DNA of 64,000 nucleotides from a virus. Positions 21,501 through 29,850 of the stretch are shown in pieces. The first letter of the stretch is position 1, and each line of letters begins with the position of its first letter. The translations under genes and the position numbers were made by a program. Location: the IMG/VR virus record IMGVR_UViG_3300021498_000001, positions 1 through 64,000 of that record. The stretch is one strand, 5' to 3'. Below the pieces are notes generated by a model that saw only the letters and a list, made by a program, of their open reading frames with translations, was not told where the DNA came from and ran no database searches.

Positions 21501-21659
21501 GCATTGGATTGGGGCAGAGTTTTAGTGCTTGAAGACTCTCCTCTCTTTAAGAAGTTTCAATTTAAGGGCAAAAAATTAAAAGGTATCTGGATTATGTACA
21601 GAAGCAGTCCAGATACAGATATTTGGATATTTGAAAAGAGTAAGAATATAGGCAAATAA
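15549..21659 (+). CDS. multidomain protein: ASCH-like, MBL-fold hydrolase, nucleotidyltransferase-like, intein, ATP-dependent DNA ligase, NifB/NifX-like, two LigD phosphoesterase-like domains
   Basis: HRHVDH; FVSITGS...DLDV; VKRDG, LDAE, IFDC, SEG ligase motifs; ISDRFGAAKY...QIG; QRH...HVDQRYE and FHW...HWDLRI...LKGIW. Confidence 0.8.
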   Translation: MEEKDNLDRLSELHLEQFRKEGIDYDLKNPQTRWKQLYADLRYIFDSGLPRIWKGKKWGDWTEEDCLRYAGKIIDALRSVYFPLIPPSKNDPRYNTSYWKAYRKAEEKGYVKSKPPKSEELPEWDKKRKEIIKTSLEEAERKLDGLYLTPPHGELFWTDEKKLLVKTKEFDLSKPHYLIEDGYCYGIISFKKPKEITKQQFFSEEFKKKHRILDTEAWQWWRMTRDNAVEPKLYAYEIKEFKPFDVPRRVRVPKGIQVIVKADNIEFVSEDEEKPAKIDWPTMAAKEAKTDFIKFYGTKGYIEEESERHKYHTCILFSLNDTNILLDYGERHPAEIEERVDVVLNSHRHVDHICPETVNFACPLYVSQQTLERVDFPLPEDIRVYRPREPFKIDNIEITAYPVYHSIRAPMHIFKIETDNLAIGVMTDFLGFRDKNDEDSFYPDLDIVIIDGSSITRDLRRWREEHDEPFGHESVIHQIERIRDKCEKNPVIILTHIGNEGLELGDERILELLSEQFPNMRIYVAKDGSIFDLKTKRFTEAFKGEQICKDIVANLPSFTWIPEFVSITGSTLFTKDHAPRDLDVMCKAEEINGKWYIPVDTSLLLKLQRAYQYATKKVLGKAIKADFPPPSLIGPNWCVDDKTEILTKDRGWVLFKDLKESDLVATVSKDDYLEFQKPIRYFSNFYKGKMIHIKNKNIDLLVTPEHKVIYYPCFTRNKKRIISEEWQMIEAQKLLEMKGRIYLKLGCKWKGDGDSIFWIPPCIGYNMKLEPPVPIDMEDFAMFMGWYLSEGSVHITPKQVYSVCIAQYEDSPKFQELKELLSRLPFDFKEVRGNQDNPEKITGFCCKSKQLALYLKQFGKCYDKFIPNEIKNQKPEILKRFLECYFYGDGHLRKRAKGLYVAKTVSERLAGDLQEIGLKLGIRVSYNKEGNGKRRRIYIGNFTLESKWKSKMRQLCRVCLELGHVKEVPYEGMIYAVEVPNGIVIVRRNFRFCVTGNSSIPAYDLKLVPRKNPEVRRTGEEEFEEKVYGVDFKEKLRLRTKSKDIEKMAQQSLEEDKVKPLRFFMPLKPIRVQGKHGERNTPERLVELFEPQHYPVYNSVKRDGFRAILMYDGNKVVIYSEDGNDITDQLPTIVEAIKKLKVKSVILDAEIELWENGQHHPREAAIAKIHSKAIEDENLIANIFDCVYLNGQDLHKEPFEKRWKALNSIGIKYSKETSLDPKQKLNIIPHIPCNTPKELLKETERMRRVKSSEGCVAIAHNAVYPLDGKPEGNSFCKFHNNVVVRGIVVQPVETRTSGVFNLTWGCLAEGHEILKKDQTEVGPYEKVLVIGSTFAAPYVKRGAVIEVECETINHIIHEDIEGKPIEITAWAPRFMRVVPGAKPDSIDDILRKARKENHVLQIKIVKPDGTVEYRESKKELLCFLTEEPTLESQISDRFGAAKYAVFFEPATYHFEAVDLSNFRTGVEIADLIKQHQATKVITNQIGRFSRDELEKAGIEIDFAEGRVSDYLKKELGESPLVKEAEIREQGDPYMQYFDEDKEHRVCNQRHYRFALKDILKETGMEDEWPDEWTEEDWRKNWDSWKRRVYPKLRKYFETHPEYEHSPSTHVDQRYETDSGALIGWTILDSLPDRPKVPPLSLEDAKKFDRDPSNWKIDWNTGEWAWREKKGGAKARISIVVRKKSPEPLDWLTFEGEQPPKSVGATAYGPAIFTHITPLGVVETLSQKSYMHEYYLTFPNFKWHIVFRLLRKPFVQKESFKEALRTQDYERLSEMVELEEGESLEEGLYLEAKRFIPVSKGGWGLEESGWVAIYVTREPYVISKRAVQLKWIPPYPYSALPRHIKKQIPPEYHYWKEKDMQKRIEIRDALVKAIKEKKVVLKESIVRDFKLDFHWSEPAELVKRRSPAHKHWDLRIDGDLKKKTGYIFHAVLELNPLEVDSTSAYLKKCKGDEGGIDWMNVGKEKTVKFTKGPGTFEKNEPGYIRALDWGRVLVLEDSPLFKKFQFKGKKLKGIWIMYRSSPDTDIWIFEKSKNIGK
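17460..18539 (+). mobile_element. intein with LAGLIDADG homing endonuclease (360 aa)
   Basis: N-terminal CVDDKTEILT, block B VTPEH, endonuclease blocks FMGWYLSEG and YFYGDG, C-terminal VTGN followed by +1 Ser. Confidence 0.92.
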
Positions 21660-21660
21660 C

Positions 21661-21981
21661 ATGAGTGAGATGAAAGAGGTTGATTTAGGCAATAAGATTG
21701 AGATGAAGCTAACCCTAGATAAGTTTCTTGAATTACTCAAACAGCAATGTGGAGAGAAATGTCAAATCTCAGCGATTGTAAGAAATCCAGATATGCATAC
21801 ATTTCAATGTCTTGCATACAATTCTGATTCGTTGCAAGATTTTTATTTCGATGTGTTAGGTGGTTTGATTACAATATATCTTAGAATGGGACAGAATATT
21901 GATTTTGAAGAATACTTGGCAGCAGTAATTGGACATTTACGATTGATGAAAGATAATCTTGTTCCTATAAAGAGGCAGTGA
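21661..21981 (+). CDS. hypothetical protein
   Basis: 106-aa ORF coupled to neighbours. Confidence 0.6.
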   Translation: MSEMKEVDLGNKIEMKLTLDKFLELLKQQCGEKCQISAIVRNPDMHTFQCLAYNSDSLQDFYFDVLGGLITIYLRMGQNIDFEEYLAAVIGHLRLMKDNLVPIKRQ

Positions 21982-22169
21982 TGGATTTTAGCAGATTTAG
22001 ATGTCCAAAGGACAAACACTTTCTGTTTGCACAGTGCATAAAGGATGGGATGATTGAGGTAAAATGTAGATACTGCAAGACTACTTATCAGCTTAAGTTT
22101 AAGAATGGTAAACTTGTATCCCTTAAAGAAATTTATGTGCCTTTAAAGCAAGAAGACTTGACAAAATAA
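21978..22169 (+). CDS. Com-family zinc-ribbon regulator
   Basis: RCPKD...LF...IEVKCRYCKT, Mu Com-like pattern. Confidence 0.7.
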   Translation: MMDFSRFRCPKDKHFLFAQCIKDGMIEVKCRYCKTTYQLKFKNGKLVSLKEIYVPLKQEDLTK

Positions 22170-22186
22170 ATTTCAAAATATAAAAT
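22158..22186 (+). promoter_or_regulatory. sigma70-type promoter upstream of capsid gene
   Basis: TTGACA-17-TAAAAT. Confidence 0.6.
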
Positions 22187-22284
22187 ATGTTAGATAAATA
22201 GAACTTTGTGAATTGCCTCGCATTCAGGGCAAAGAATCTATTGGATTAAAGGCCCAGTAAGTGGAAGAGGCAACTTGCTGGGCT

Positions 22285-24639
22285 ATGAATGTTTTAAGTA
22301 CAAGCGATTTCTTAGAAACCTTTCAAGGCAAATTCCTTCCTTTATTAGAGTCTTCTAAAACAGGCGAAGAGTGGGATGTTGTCTTAATAGAAGCAGGCAG
22401 AAGCAAAGGAGGCAGTCAGGGACAAATCCTTTATCCAGAAGAAGTATTGAAGAAAGCAGTCCCTCTCTTTGAAAATGCCAAATGCTATGCCTTTGAATTC
22501 AGCGGTCAAATCTATGACCACCTACCAGAAAATATCAAACAGGCAGTACCTCAAGGTTTTGCAAAGAACCTTGTCGGTTATTTCACAAATCCAAAGCTAA
22601 AGAAACTCCCTAACGGCAAAAAGGGCATTGTAGCAAGATTTCATGTCATTGCAGATTGGCTTAAATCTGCTCTCAAGAATGCAGGCAAAAAACTGCCAGA
22701 GCTGCTGGGATTCAGTATAGATGCTGAGGGTGTAGTGGATAAAGAAAATCAGGTTGCCTTGTCAATTGACAGAGTAGATAGTGTGGACTTGGTAACATAC
22801 CCAGCAGCAGGGGGCAGATTTTTAAGAATGGTTGCGTCAAGGCTTGCTGCGAGTTTGCAACAGCAGGCTAATTTAAAGACATCAAACAAAGGAGGGTTGG
22901 ATATGGTAGAAGGCAGAATGTTGTTAATGATGAAAGGTTTGCAGAGTGGTCTTAAGGAGGGACAAGAGCTAGAAATCACAGATGATGTTGTCAATGCTAT
23001 CTTCTCAGAGGCTCTAGAGAAAGAGGAGATTGAGGAGTCTAGGGATGAGCTGAAAGAGATTATCTCACAATGCATTGGATTCTTGAAAGAAGGCAAAGAC
23101 CAGTTTGCAGAAGCTCTTTTGAATGGGATTGTTGAGGCTAAGAAGAAAAAGAGGAAAAAGAAAGAGGAGTATCCTAGCCCTGAAGAAGAGTATCCTAAAC
23201 CTCAGAAGGCTTCTATGCCTGAGCCTCAAGCTGAGCCTAAACCTGAGATGAAACCTGAGCTTGAAGAGGCAAAGAAAAAGAAGAAAGAAGAATATCCTTA
23301 TCCTGAAGTACAGAAACAGTCTCAGGAATTACAGGCTCTTAAAGATGAAATTACTCGCCTCAAATTAGAGAAGTACTTAGAAGAAGCTCTTAAGGAATCT
23401 GGTCTTACCAATGTTTCCAAGAACCAGATCAGAAGCATGAGATTTAGCTCTGTAGAGGAAATTGATAAGGCTATCCAGAACATGAAGGACTTAGAAGCTA
23501 AGTTTATGCAGGAAGCTGGCATTTCAAGCAGGGTAGAAGCAGGTGAAACTGAGGGCGAAAAGGCATTGAAACTGCTTGAGGATGTTATTGAAGGTAAAGC
23601 TCACAGCATTAAAGAGGCTTATGTCAGGTTTACAGGTGATACTAGAGTCACAGGCTTAATAAGAGAGTGCAGAGGTAGGGGCAAGGAAAGAATTACAGAG
23701 AGCTTAACTACTTCAGATTGGGCAGAGGCATTGGGCGATACCTTGAGGCGTAAGCTCATAAAAGAATATCAAGTTTCTGGCTTAGATGACTGGAAGAAAA
23801 TCGTATCTGATATAGTGCCTTTACCTGACTTTAGAAGCCAGCATTGGATTAGATTGGGTGGATACGGTGAGCTTCCTTCTGTATCTCAAGGTGCAACTTA
23901 CACAGAGCTAACTAGCCCAACAGATGAAGAAGTGACCCTGTCTGTGAGCAAAAAAGGTGGCCTTGAATCGGTCACTATTGAGATGATAAAGAATGATGAC
24001 ATAATGGCAATTAGGCAGATTCCTAGAAGGTTGGCAAGAGCTGCTGCTCAGGCTCTTTACAATGCTATATTTGATGACATTCTCAAAGACAATGCAACAA
24101 TATATGATAGTGTTGCCCTATTCCATTCAAGCCACAATAACTTAGGAAGCTCTGCTCTTTCTGCTTCTTCATTTATGGCAACAAGAAAGGCAATGGCACA
24201 GCAAACTGCTTATGGAAACAGCGAAGAATATCTAAACCTCTATCCAAAATGGTTGATTGTGCCAGTGGATCTTGAGGATACAGCATTCAAGATTTGCCAT
24301 TCTCCTGTGTATGTAAGTGCAGCTTCTTATTACAGCGGTGGTACTGCTTCAGAGGCTGCAACCACTCCAAATATTGTACCTCAGAAATTTAAGACAGATT
24401 ACATTGTTGTGCCTAGATGGACAGATGCAAATGATTGGATCGCAGTAGCAGATCCTAATATGTGTCCTACAATAGTTGTAGGCTTCTTGGATGGGAAAGA
24501 AGAGCCTGAGATATTTATTCAGGATCAGCCTTCAGTCGGTAGTTTATTCTATGCTGATAAGATAGTGTACAAGATTAGGCATATTTGGGGCGTGGCTGTA
24601 TTTGATTACAGGCCATTCTATAAGCATGTAGTGAGCTAA
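22285..24639 (+). CDS. prohead protease-scaffold-major capsid fusion (Mu gpT-like capsid)
   Basis: N-terminal protease (GFSI...SVDLVTYPAAGG), charged EYP-repeat scaffold, C-terminal HK97-fold capsid (LFHSSHNN, PKWLIVP, YKIRH). Confidence 0.88.
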   Translation: MNVLSTSDFLETFQGKFLPLLESSKTGEEWDVVLIEAGRSKGGSQGQILYPEEVLKKAVPLFENAKCYAFEFSGQIYDHLPENIKQAVPQGFAKNLVGYFTNPKLKKLPNGKKGIVARFHVIADWLKSALKNAGKKLPELLGFSIDAEGVVDKENQVALSIDRVDSVDLVTYPAAGGRFLRMVASRLAASLQQQANLKTSNKGGLDMVEGRMLLMMKGLQSGLKEGQELEITDDVVNAIFSEALEKEEIEESRDELKEIISQCIGFLKEGKDQFAEALLNGIVEAKKKKRKKKEEYPSPEEEYPKPQKASMPEPQAEPKPEMKPELEEAKKKKKEEYPYPEVQKQSQELQALKDEITRLKLEKYLEEALKESGLTNVSKNQIRSMRFSSVEEIDKAIQNMKDLEAKFMQEAGISSRVEAGETEGEKALKLLEDVIEGKAHSIKEAYVRFTGDTRVTGLIRECRGRGKERITESLTTSDWAEALGDTLRRKLIKEYQVSGLDDWKKIVSDIVPLPDFRSQHWIRLGGYGELPSVSQGATYTELTSPTDEEVTLSVSKKGGLESVTIEMIKNDDIMAIRQIPRRLARAAAQALYNAIFDDILKDNATIYDSVALFHSSHNNLGSSALSASSFMATRKAMAQQTAYGNSEEYLNLYPKWLIVPVDLEDTAFKICHSPVYVSAASYYSGGTASEAATTPNIVPQKFKTDYIVVPRWTDANDWIAVADPNMCPTIVVGFLDGKEEPEIFIQDQPSVGSLFYADKIVYKIRHIWGVAVFDYRPFYKHVVS

Positions 24640-24706
24640 TAGGCTTATTTAATAAACAAGGCACAGAGATTGGTGCTTAACTTGAGAATTAAAGAGGAGG
24701 TATGCT

Positions 24707-25123
24707 ATGGCTAAGATTATAGCAGGTGATTTGCCCTCTCATAGACAGTCAGTATTGTTTGAGGTAGCAAGCAGAGCTGCAACAGATGATAAATACAGCA
24801 ATCTTATGTTCAGAGCACCTCATGACCTCACAGTCAAAGCAGCTTATGTAACCTTTCTTTCTGCTGTAACTGGAGCTGCAGATAATTATTTCACAGTAAG
24901 AGTTAGGAATTTAGGCACAAATGGCAGTGGTACTACTGACCTTGCTACAAAGGCTTTCAGTTCAACTTCTGTGACTGCTTCTGCAAAAGTCCCAGTAGCT
25001 TTGACTTTAGCTTCTACTCCTACAATGAGTGAAGGTGAAGTAATGGTTGCTTATATAGACCATGCTGGAAGTGGTAAGGCTAGTGATATAGCAATTTTAC
25101 AGGTAGATTATACTTGGACATAA
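24707..25123 (+). CDS. probable head decoration/cement protein
   Basis: 138 aa beta-rich, directly after capsid gene, AGGAGG RBS. Confidence 0.6.
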   Translation: MAKIIAGDLPSHRQSVLFEVASRAATDDKYSNLMFRAPHDLTVKAAYVTFLSAVTGAADNYFTVRVRNLGTNGSGTTDLATKAFSSTSVTASAKVPVALTLASTPTMSEGEVMVAYIDHAGSGKASDIAILQVDYTWT

Positions 25124-25226
25124 TAAAGAGCAGCCTAGACTGGACTAATTGGCAAAAAGAAGCCTCTAATAGCAGTACTAGGCTGCTCTAAAAGAGGCTT
25201 AGTAATAAAGGCTAGGTTGGCTTTAA

Positions 25227-26429
25227 ATGGCACTAGCAACAGAATTTGAATACATCAATCCATCTCCATCCTTCTTTATTGTAACAGGTTGTCCTCGTTC
25301 TGGCACTACATTTTTGATTGAACAAATCAAAGAACACCTTAAAGTGCCAGTCTTGGGATATGATGACCTAGTCTTACATAGAGAATGGAAAACAGCAATA
25401 GAGGCCAATGCTATTCTTTTAGGAGATGTGTTTGCAGACCTTAGTAAAGGAGCACCTAAGGCTGAGGAAGTAGAAAAGCAATATCCAGAATTCAAAGAAT
25501 TTCTTGAGTCACATAAAGATGAGTTCAGTGAATATGGTCTTTATTTCTTCAAAGACCCAAGAATATGCTACACATGGCCATTCTGGATGAGATTATTTGA
25601 AATAAGAATAATTCACATTGTGAGAGATTTTGAGGGTGTCTTTAACAGCATAGACGAAATGGATAAAGTAGGAGATAAAGAGGTTAGATTCAGATGGATT
25701 AGACCAAGAGAAGAATGGCATGAGATTTGGGAAAATCATGTAAATGGAGCAAGAGAAAGCAATAAGTATGTGCCCTATCTAGAGATCCCATTTGAGTCAT
25801 TTGTGAAAGATCCTAAGCCTTGGCTTATAAAAATAGCAAAATTCGTGAAAGCACCTGAAAAGTGCCTCAATCTAGGAAGTGGTCTTGCACCCAGAGCAGG
25901 CAGTGAATGGGTAAATGTGGATTACAACAAGGATTATATACCACCTACCAAATATGATGTTTATGGAGTAGTTGCAGATTTGGAAAATCCCTTGCCTTTT
26001 AAAGATTATACTTATTCATTCATAGTTGCAAATCATGTCCTTGAGCATATCAAGAATTATGAACAATTGATGTGTGAAATATACAGAGTGCTCAAAATTG
26101 GAGGAAGATTAATTATCAGAGTTCCTTATGCATTCTGTCGTGCAGCGATTGCAGACCCCACTCATGTAAGACAATTTGTACCTGAGTCATTCTTTCATTT
26201 TTTACCAGAAAATTTAGGGCCAGTAGCTAATCCTAAGTTTTGGGGCACATTTAAGATTATAGATTTGGAAGTGATTAAGCATGACAGGCCAGAGATAGAC
26301 AGGGGTGAGGTAGGCAGCTACTATTCAGAGGTGTTTTGTGAAATGGAGAAAATCCCTAAACAACAACCTCCTAAGCCAAACTGGACTATAAGGCAAGAAG
26401 ATGAGCAAAGGCAAAGCAATCATATTTAG
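25227..26429 (+). CDS. sulfotransferase-like domain fused to class I SAM methyltransferase-like domain
   Basis: TGCPRSGTT, KDPR, IVRD; then LNLGSG, NVD, HVLEH, LKIGG, DPTH. Confidence 0.85.
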   Translation: MALATEFEYINPSPSFFIVTGCPRSGTTFLIEQIKEHLKVPVLGYDDLVLHREWKTAIEANAILLGDVFADLSKGAPKAEEVEKQYPEFKEFLESHKDEFSEYGLYFFKDPRICYTWPFWMRLFEIRIIHIVRDFEGVFNSIDEMDKVGDKEVRFRWIRPREEWHEIWENHVNGARESNKYVPYLEIPFESFVKDPKPWLIKIAKFVKAPEKCLNLGSGLAPRAGSEWVNVDYNKDYIPPTKYDVYGVVADLENPLPFKDYTYSFIVANHVLEHIKNYEQLMCEIYRVLKIGGRLIIRVPYAFCRAAIADPTHVRQFVPESFFHFLPENLGPVANPKFWGTFKIIDLEVIKHDRPEIDRGEVGSYYSEVFCEMEKIPKQQPPKPNWTIRQEDEQRQSNHI

Positions 26430-27426
26430 AGGTTATAAGGCAATAGGAGATGCACTTTACACTTCTCCTTTGCCTAGGCTTATGAAAGAAGATGAATATG
26501 AGCAAGTAGATGTTGCATGCTGGGAATCAAACCAGCAAGTGTTTTGGAACAATCCTTATGTGGATAACATCAGGGTATTTCCAGATGACCTAAGCGAAGA
26601 AGAATTTGAGCATTACTACAATGAATGGCACAAAGAATATGATGTGATTGTAGATTTGAGATATACAATAGAAAGCAAGTATCTCTTTCGCACAGATGCT
26701 CCTTTGCCCTCTTTAGAGGAAAGAAGAAAGAAAAATAAAGGAGTGAATTATTACAAAGAGACAATGAGAGTTGCAGGATATAAGTTAGATAAAGGAAGGC
26801 CAGAATTATATCTTTCCAAAGAAGAAGAAAAGATATTGCAAGACTTCAAAAAAGAGAATCCAAAATTTGTAATTTGGCAGTTGTATGGCTCATCCAATGC
26901 AAAACAGCTTGTTCGTGCTCCTTTATGGATAACTGAGATTATGAAAAGAGTGCCTGACTGCAAACATTACTTGGTAGGTCATGCTCATTTCAGCACTAAA
27001 AGATTATTTGGCTCAGATAAAGTCAAATGCATGGCGGGTATTTGGGGCTTGAGAACATCTATGCTTATGTGCAAATATGCAAATTTAGTAGTCGGGCCTG
27101 AATCTGCTATAACTAATGCTTCGGGTGCTTTTGATACACCGAAATTTATAATGTATTCAGGCACTTTGCCAGAAAATTTAGGCGGAGATTTTGAAAATCA
27201 CTTTGCATTTTGCCCTAAATGTGAATGTTATCCCTGCTACAAAATAAGCATAAGCCCAAAAGAGGTTTGGAACTTGAAGAAAAGAAGGCTTGCTTATGCA
27301 AACATGGAAGAGTGCAGAGTGAAAGACCCATTTGATTGTTACAGATATTTAGGATTTAAATGCACACTAAGCCTTCCAGAACAAGAAATTATAGAGAAGG
27401 CTGTGGATATATTAAAGCATAGTTAG
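26401..27426 (+). CDS. glycosyltransferase family 9 (heptosyltransferase-like)
   Basis: AIGDALYTSP, NNPYVD, VVGPESA, CECYPC. Confidence 0.82.
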   Translation: MSKGKAIIFRGYKAIGDALYTSPLPRLMKEDEYEQVDVACWESNQQVFWNNPYVDNIRVFPDDLSEEEFEHYYNEWHKEYDVIVDLRYTIESKYLFRTDAPLPSLEERRKKNKGVNYYKETMRVAGYKLDKGRPELYLSKEEEKILQDFKKENPKFVIWQLYGSSNAKQLVRAPLWITEIMKRVPDCKHYLVGHAHFSTKRLFGSDKVKCMAGIWGLRTSMLMCKYANLVVGPESAITNASGAFDTPKFIMYSGTLPENLGGDFENHFAFCPKCECYPCYKISISPKEVWNLKKRRLAYANMEECRVKDPFDCYRYLGFKCTLSLPEQEIIEKAVDILKHS

Positions 27427-27435
27427 GAGGATAAT

Positions 27436-27741
27436 ATGATTGGTGGAGTTACTATAGAAGAATACGATGCTTATGATAAAGAAACAATTACTGTAAGTTC
27501 GTCAGTAGTTGGATTTTCGAGCAGCAAGATTACAAATTGTAAGATTGCATACTGTACTCTTGATCCAAGTGCTGGCGCTATAAGATATTGGATGGACGGG
27601 TCAAATCCCACTTCAAGCGAAGGACATTATGTAGCTGCAGGAGGCAGTTTTACTATCTCGGGAAACAATAATATTCGCAATTTCAAAGCTATAAGAGCGG
27701 GTGCTGATGACGGTAAATTACAGGTAACTTACAAGAAATGA
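27436..27741 (+). CDS. putative virion structural protein
   Basis: 101 aa beta-rich, AGGAGG RBS. Confidence 0.6.
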   Translation: MIGGVTIEEYDAYDKETITVSSSVVGFSSSKITNCKIAYCTLDPSAGAIRYWMDGSNPTSSEGHYVAAGGSFTISGNNNIRNFKAIRAGADDGKLQVTYKK

Positions 27742-28274
27742 GAATCCCAGCTAAATTAGAAAATATAAGCAGAGTTTTGGAACAAATTAAAAAGAATATA
27801 ACTATGGAAATTGAAAAAGCAGGCAGGGAAACAACAGAAAATATTACCCAATCTGCAATGGATTTAATGAAAGAACATGCTCCTGTTGCTTTTGGTGCAT
27901 TGAAAGACTCCATAGGAAAGAGACTTGTGTATGGATATCCTGTTATGTATGGCATAAGTGCAACAGGTTTAAAAAGACCTTCTGTAGGATATGCGGAAGC
28001 AGTTGAATATGGAGTAAAAGCAAGTGCTTATGGATATACAGTACATGGAAGGCATTATGAAGGTGTGCCTCCTTGGGGCAGAGGTTCAAGACTTTATGAA
28101 TGGGTAAGACTAAGAGGACTTGCTCCTTTCTTATCAACCTCTGCAAGGATAGCTAGAAAGATAGGAGAGAAAGGGATACCTGCAAAGCACTTTGTGAAAA
28201 AATCTCATTCTGTTTTGGTTGGACTTGTGCCAGATACTGTAAAGAGAGTTTTTGATAAACACTTGCATTTTTAA
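27738..28274 (+). CDS. HK97 gp10-like neck/tail-completion protein
   Basis: APVAFGALKDSI, YAEAVEYG, GIPAKHF. Confidence 0.75.
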   Translation: MRIPAKLENISRVLEQIKKNITMEIEKAGRETTENITQSAMDLMKEHAPVAFGALKDSIGKRLVYGYPVMYGISATGLKRPSVGYAEAVEYGVKASAYGYTVHGRHYEGVPPWGRGSRLYEWVRLRGLAPFLSTSARIARKIGEKGIPAKHFVKKSHSVLVGLVPDTVKRVFDKHLHF

Positions 28275-28283
28275 GGCAAGGCA

Positions 28284-28733
28284 ATGAGTTTAAGTACAAT
28301 TAGAAGTGAGATTAAATCGATTTTAGAAGGCATAAGTGGAATAGGCAAGGTGTATGACTATCTGCGATGGGATACAAGAGATTGGAAGGGATTCTTTAAC
28401 TTATTCAAATCCAATGGCTCTTATCATGGATGGATGATTACAAGAACAAGCACAACAGAAAATAGAAGGTTTGAAACAGACCATAATTTGAGGACTTATA
28501 CATTTAAAATAGTAGGCTTTTATCCTTTGAACGATGCAAAGGCAACAGAGAAGACATTTCAAGACTTAATAGAGTCAATATGCACAACATTTAGAACAAA
28601 TTACAATTTAAATGGAAAGTGCTTAGATTCAGACCCACCTGAAGTGAGTGTTGTAGAAAATAGAATGTTTGGCTCTATTGTTGCACACTATGCAGAGATT
28701 ATACTTAGAGTAAGAGAAAGAATTACACTATAA
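28284..28733 (+). CDS. probable tail terminator protein
   Basis: size and position just before the tail tube gene. Confidence 0.6.
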   Translation: MSLSTIRSEIKSILEGISGIGKVYDYLRWDTRDWKGFFNLFKSNGSYHGWMITRTSTTENRRFETDHNLRTYTFKIVGFYPLNDAKATEKTFQDLIESICTTFRTNYNLNGKCLDSDPPEVSVVENRMFGSIVAHYAEIILRVRERITL

Positions 28734-28744
28734 GGAGGCTTGAA

Positions 28745-28876
28745 ATGGGCAAGATGAAATTTCAAAGCAGAGCAGGTGGACATTACTCTCCTGCTCCTCC
28801 TAAGCCTAAAGCAAAGACTAAAGCAAAGAAAGAAGTCAAAGCAAAGAAAGAAACAAAGGAAGGAGGTGACAAGTAA
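28745..28876 (+). CDS. small basic protein (43 aa, not in ORF track)
   Basis: AAGGAGG RBS; MGKMKFQSRAGGHYSPAPPKPKAK...; stop overlaps tail tube ATG. Confidence 0.55.
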   Translation: MGKMKFQSRAGGHYSPAPPKPKAKTKAKKEVKAKKETKEGGDK

Positions 28877-29850
28877 TGTCCTTATTAACAAGAAGAAGTG
28901 TTGTATTGGCAAAGATTGAGAGCAATTATGGAACGGATGCAAGCCCAGGAACAGCGGATGCTATTCTTTGTACCGCTCCTAGTGTTACTCCTTCGGGTGA
29001 CTTGCTCACAAGAGATTTTGTAAGAAGCTCTATCTCTCCTTATCCTCATGTTATCGGTGCAAAGACAGTAGAGGTTACATTTGATACTGAGATTAAAGGT
29101 TCAGGTACAAACTCAAGCACTTCTACAAGTGACATTATTCCTGAAATAGGAGTCTTATTCAGGGCATGTGGATTGAGCGAAAGCGTGACTTATGGCTCTA
29201 CTTCAGGTACTCCTACTACTTATTCAGATTTAACTGCTTCTTATCAGCCAATTTCTACAAACTTTGAGAGCGCCACTCTCTATGTCTATTTCGATGGTGT
29301 GTTGCATAAGGTTGTAGGTTGCAGAGGTACTTGTGTATTGACACTCGATGCAGGTGCATTTCCTAGAATTAGCTGGACATTTAGAGGTCTGTATCAGGAT
29401 GTTGTCGATGCCAGCTTGGTGACAGGAGAATATGACGATACTCAGCCACCTATTGTTGAATCCTTGAACCTGAAACTCGATTCTTTCTCCCCCAAAGTAC
29501 AGTCAATTACTCTTGATTTGGCAAATACTCTTACTGAGATTAGAGATGTCAATTCAAGCGAAGCCATGCGTGAGATTACAATTACAAACAGGGATGCAAA
29601 TGGAAGAATCAATCCTGAGATGGAACTTGTTGCTACTTATGACTTCTTTGGAATCTGGAAAAATGCAACAAAGAAATCTCTAAGCTGTACCATTGGAAGC
29701 GCAGGTGGAAATAAGATTATAATCTCTTGTCCTACAATTCAGGAGAACAGTTTGGCTTATGCAGATAGGGATGGAATCAGGGCACTAGATATTCCTATCA
29801 AGTTGGCAAGTGAGAGTGGAGATAATGAGATAACAATTAAATTTGTATAA
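28876..29850 (+). CDS. tail tube (major tail) protein
   Basis: LAKIESNYGTD, LFRACG, YADRDGI motifs; 324 aa; no sheath gene seen. Confidence 0.82.
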   Translation: MSLLTRRSVVLAKIESNYGTDASPGTADAILCTAPSVTPSGDLLTRDFVRSSISPYPHVIGAKTVEVTFDTEIKGSGTNSSTSTSDIIPEIGVLFRACGLSESVTYGSTSGTPTTYSDLTASYQPISTNFESATLYVYFDGVLHKVVGCRGTCVLTLDAGAFPRISWTFRGLYQDVVDASLVTGEYDDTQPPIVESLNLKLDSFSPKVQSITLDLANTLTEIRDVNSSEAMREITITNRDANGRINPEMELVATYDFFGIWKNATKKSLSCTIGSAGGNKIIISCPTIQENSLAYADRDGIRALDIPIKLASESGDNEITIKFV

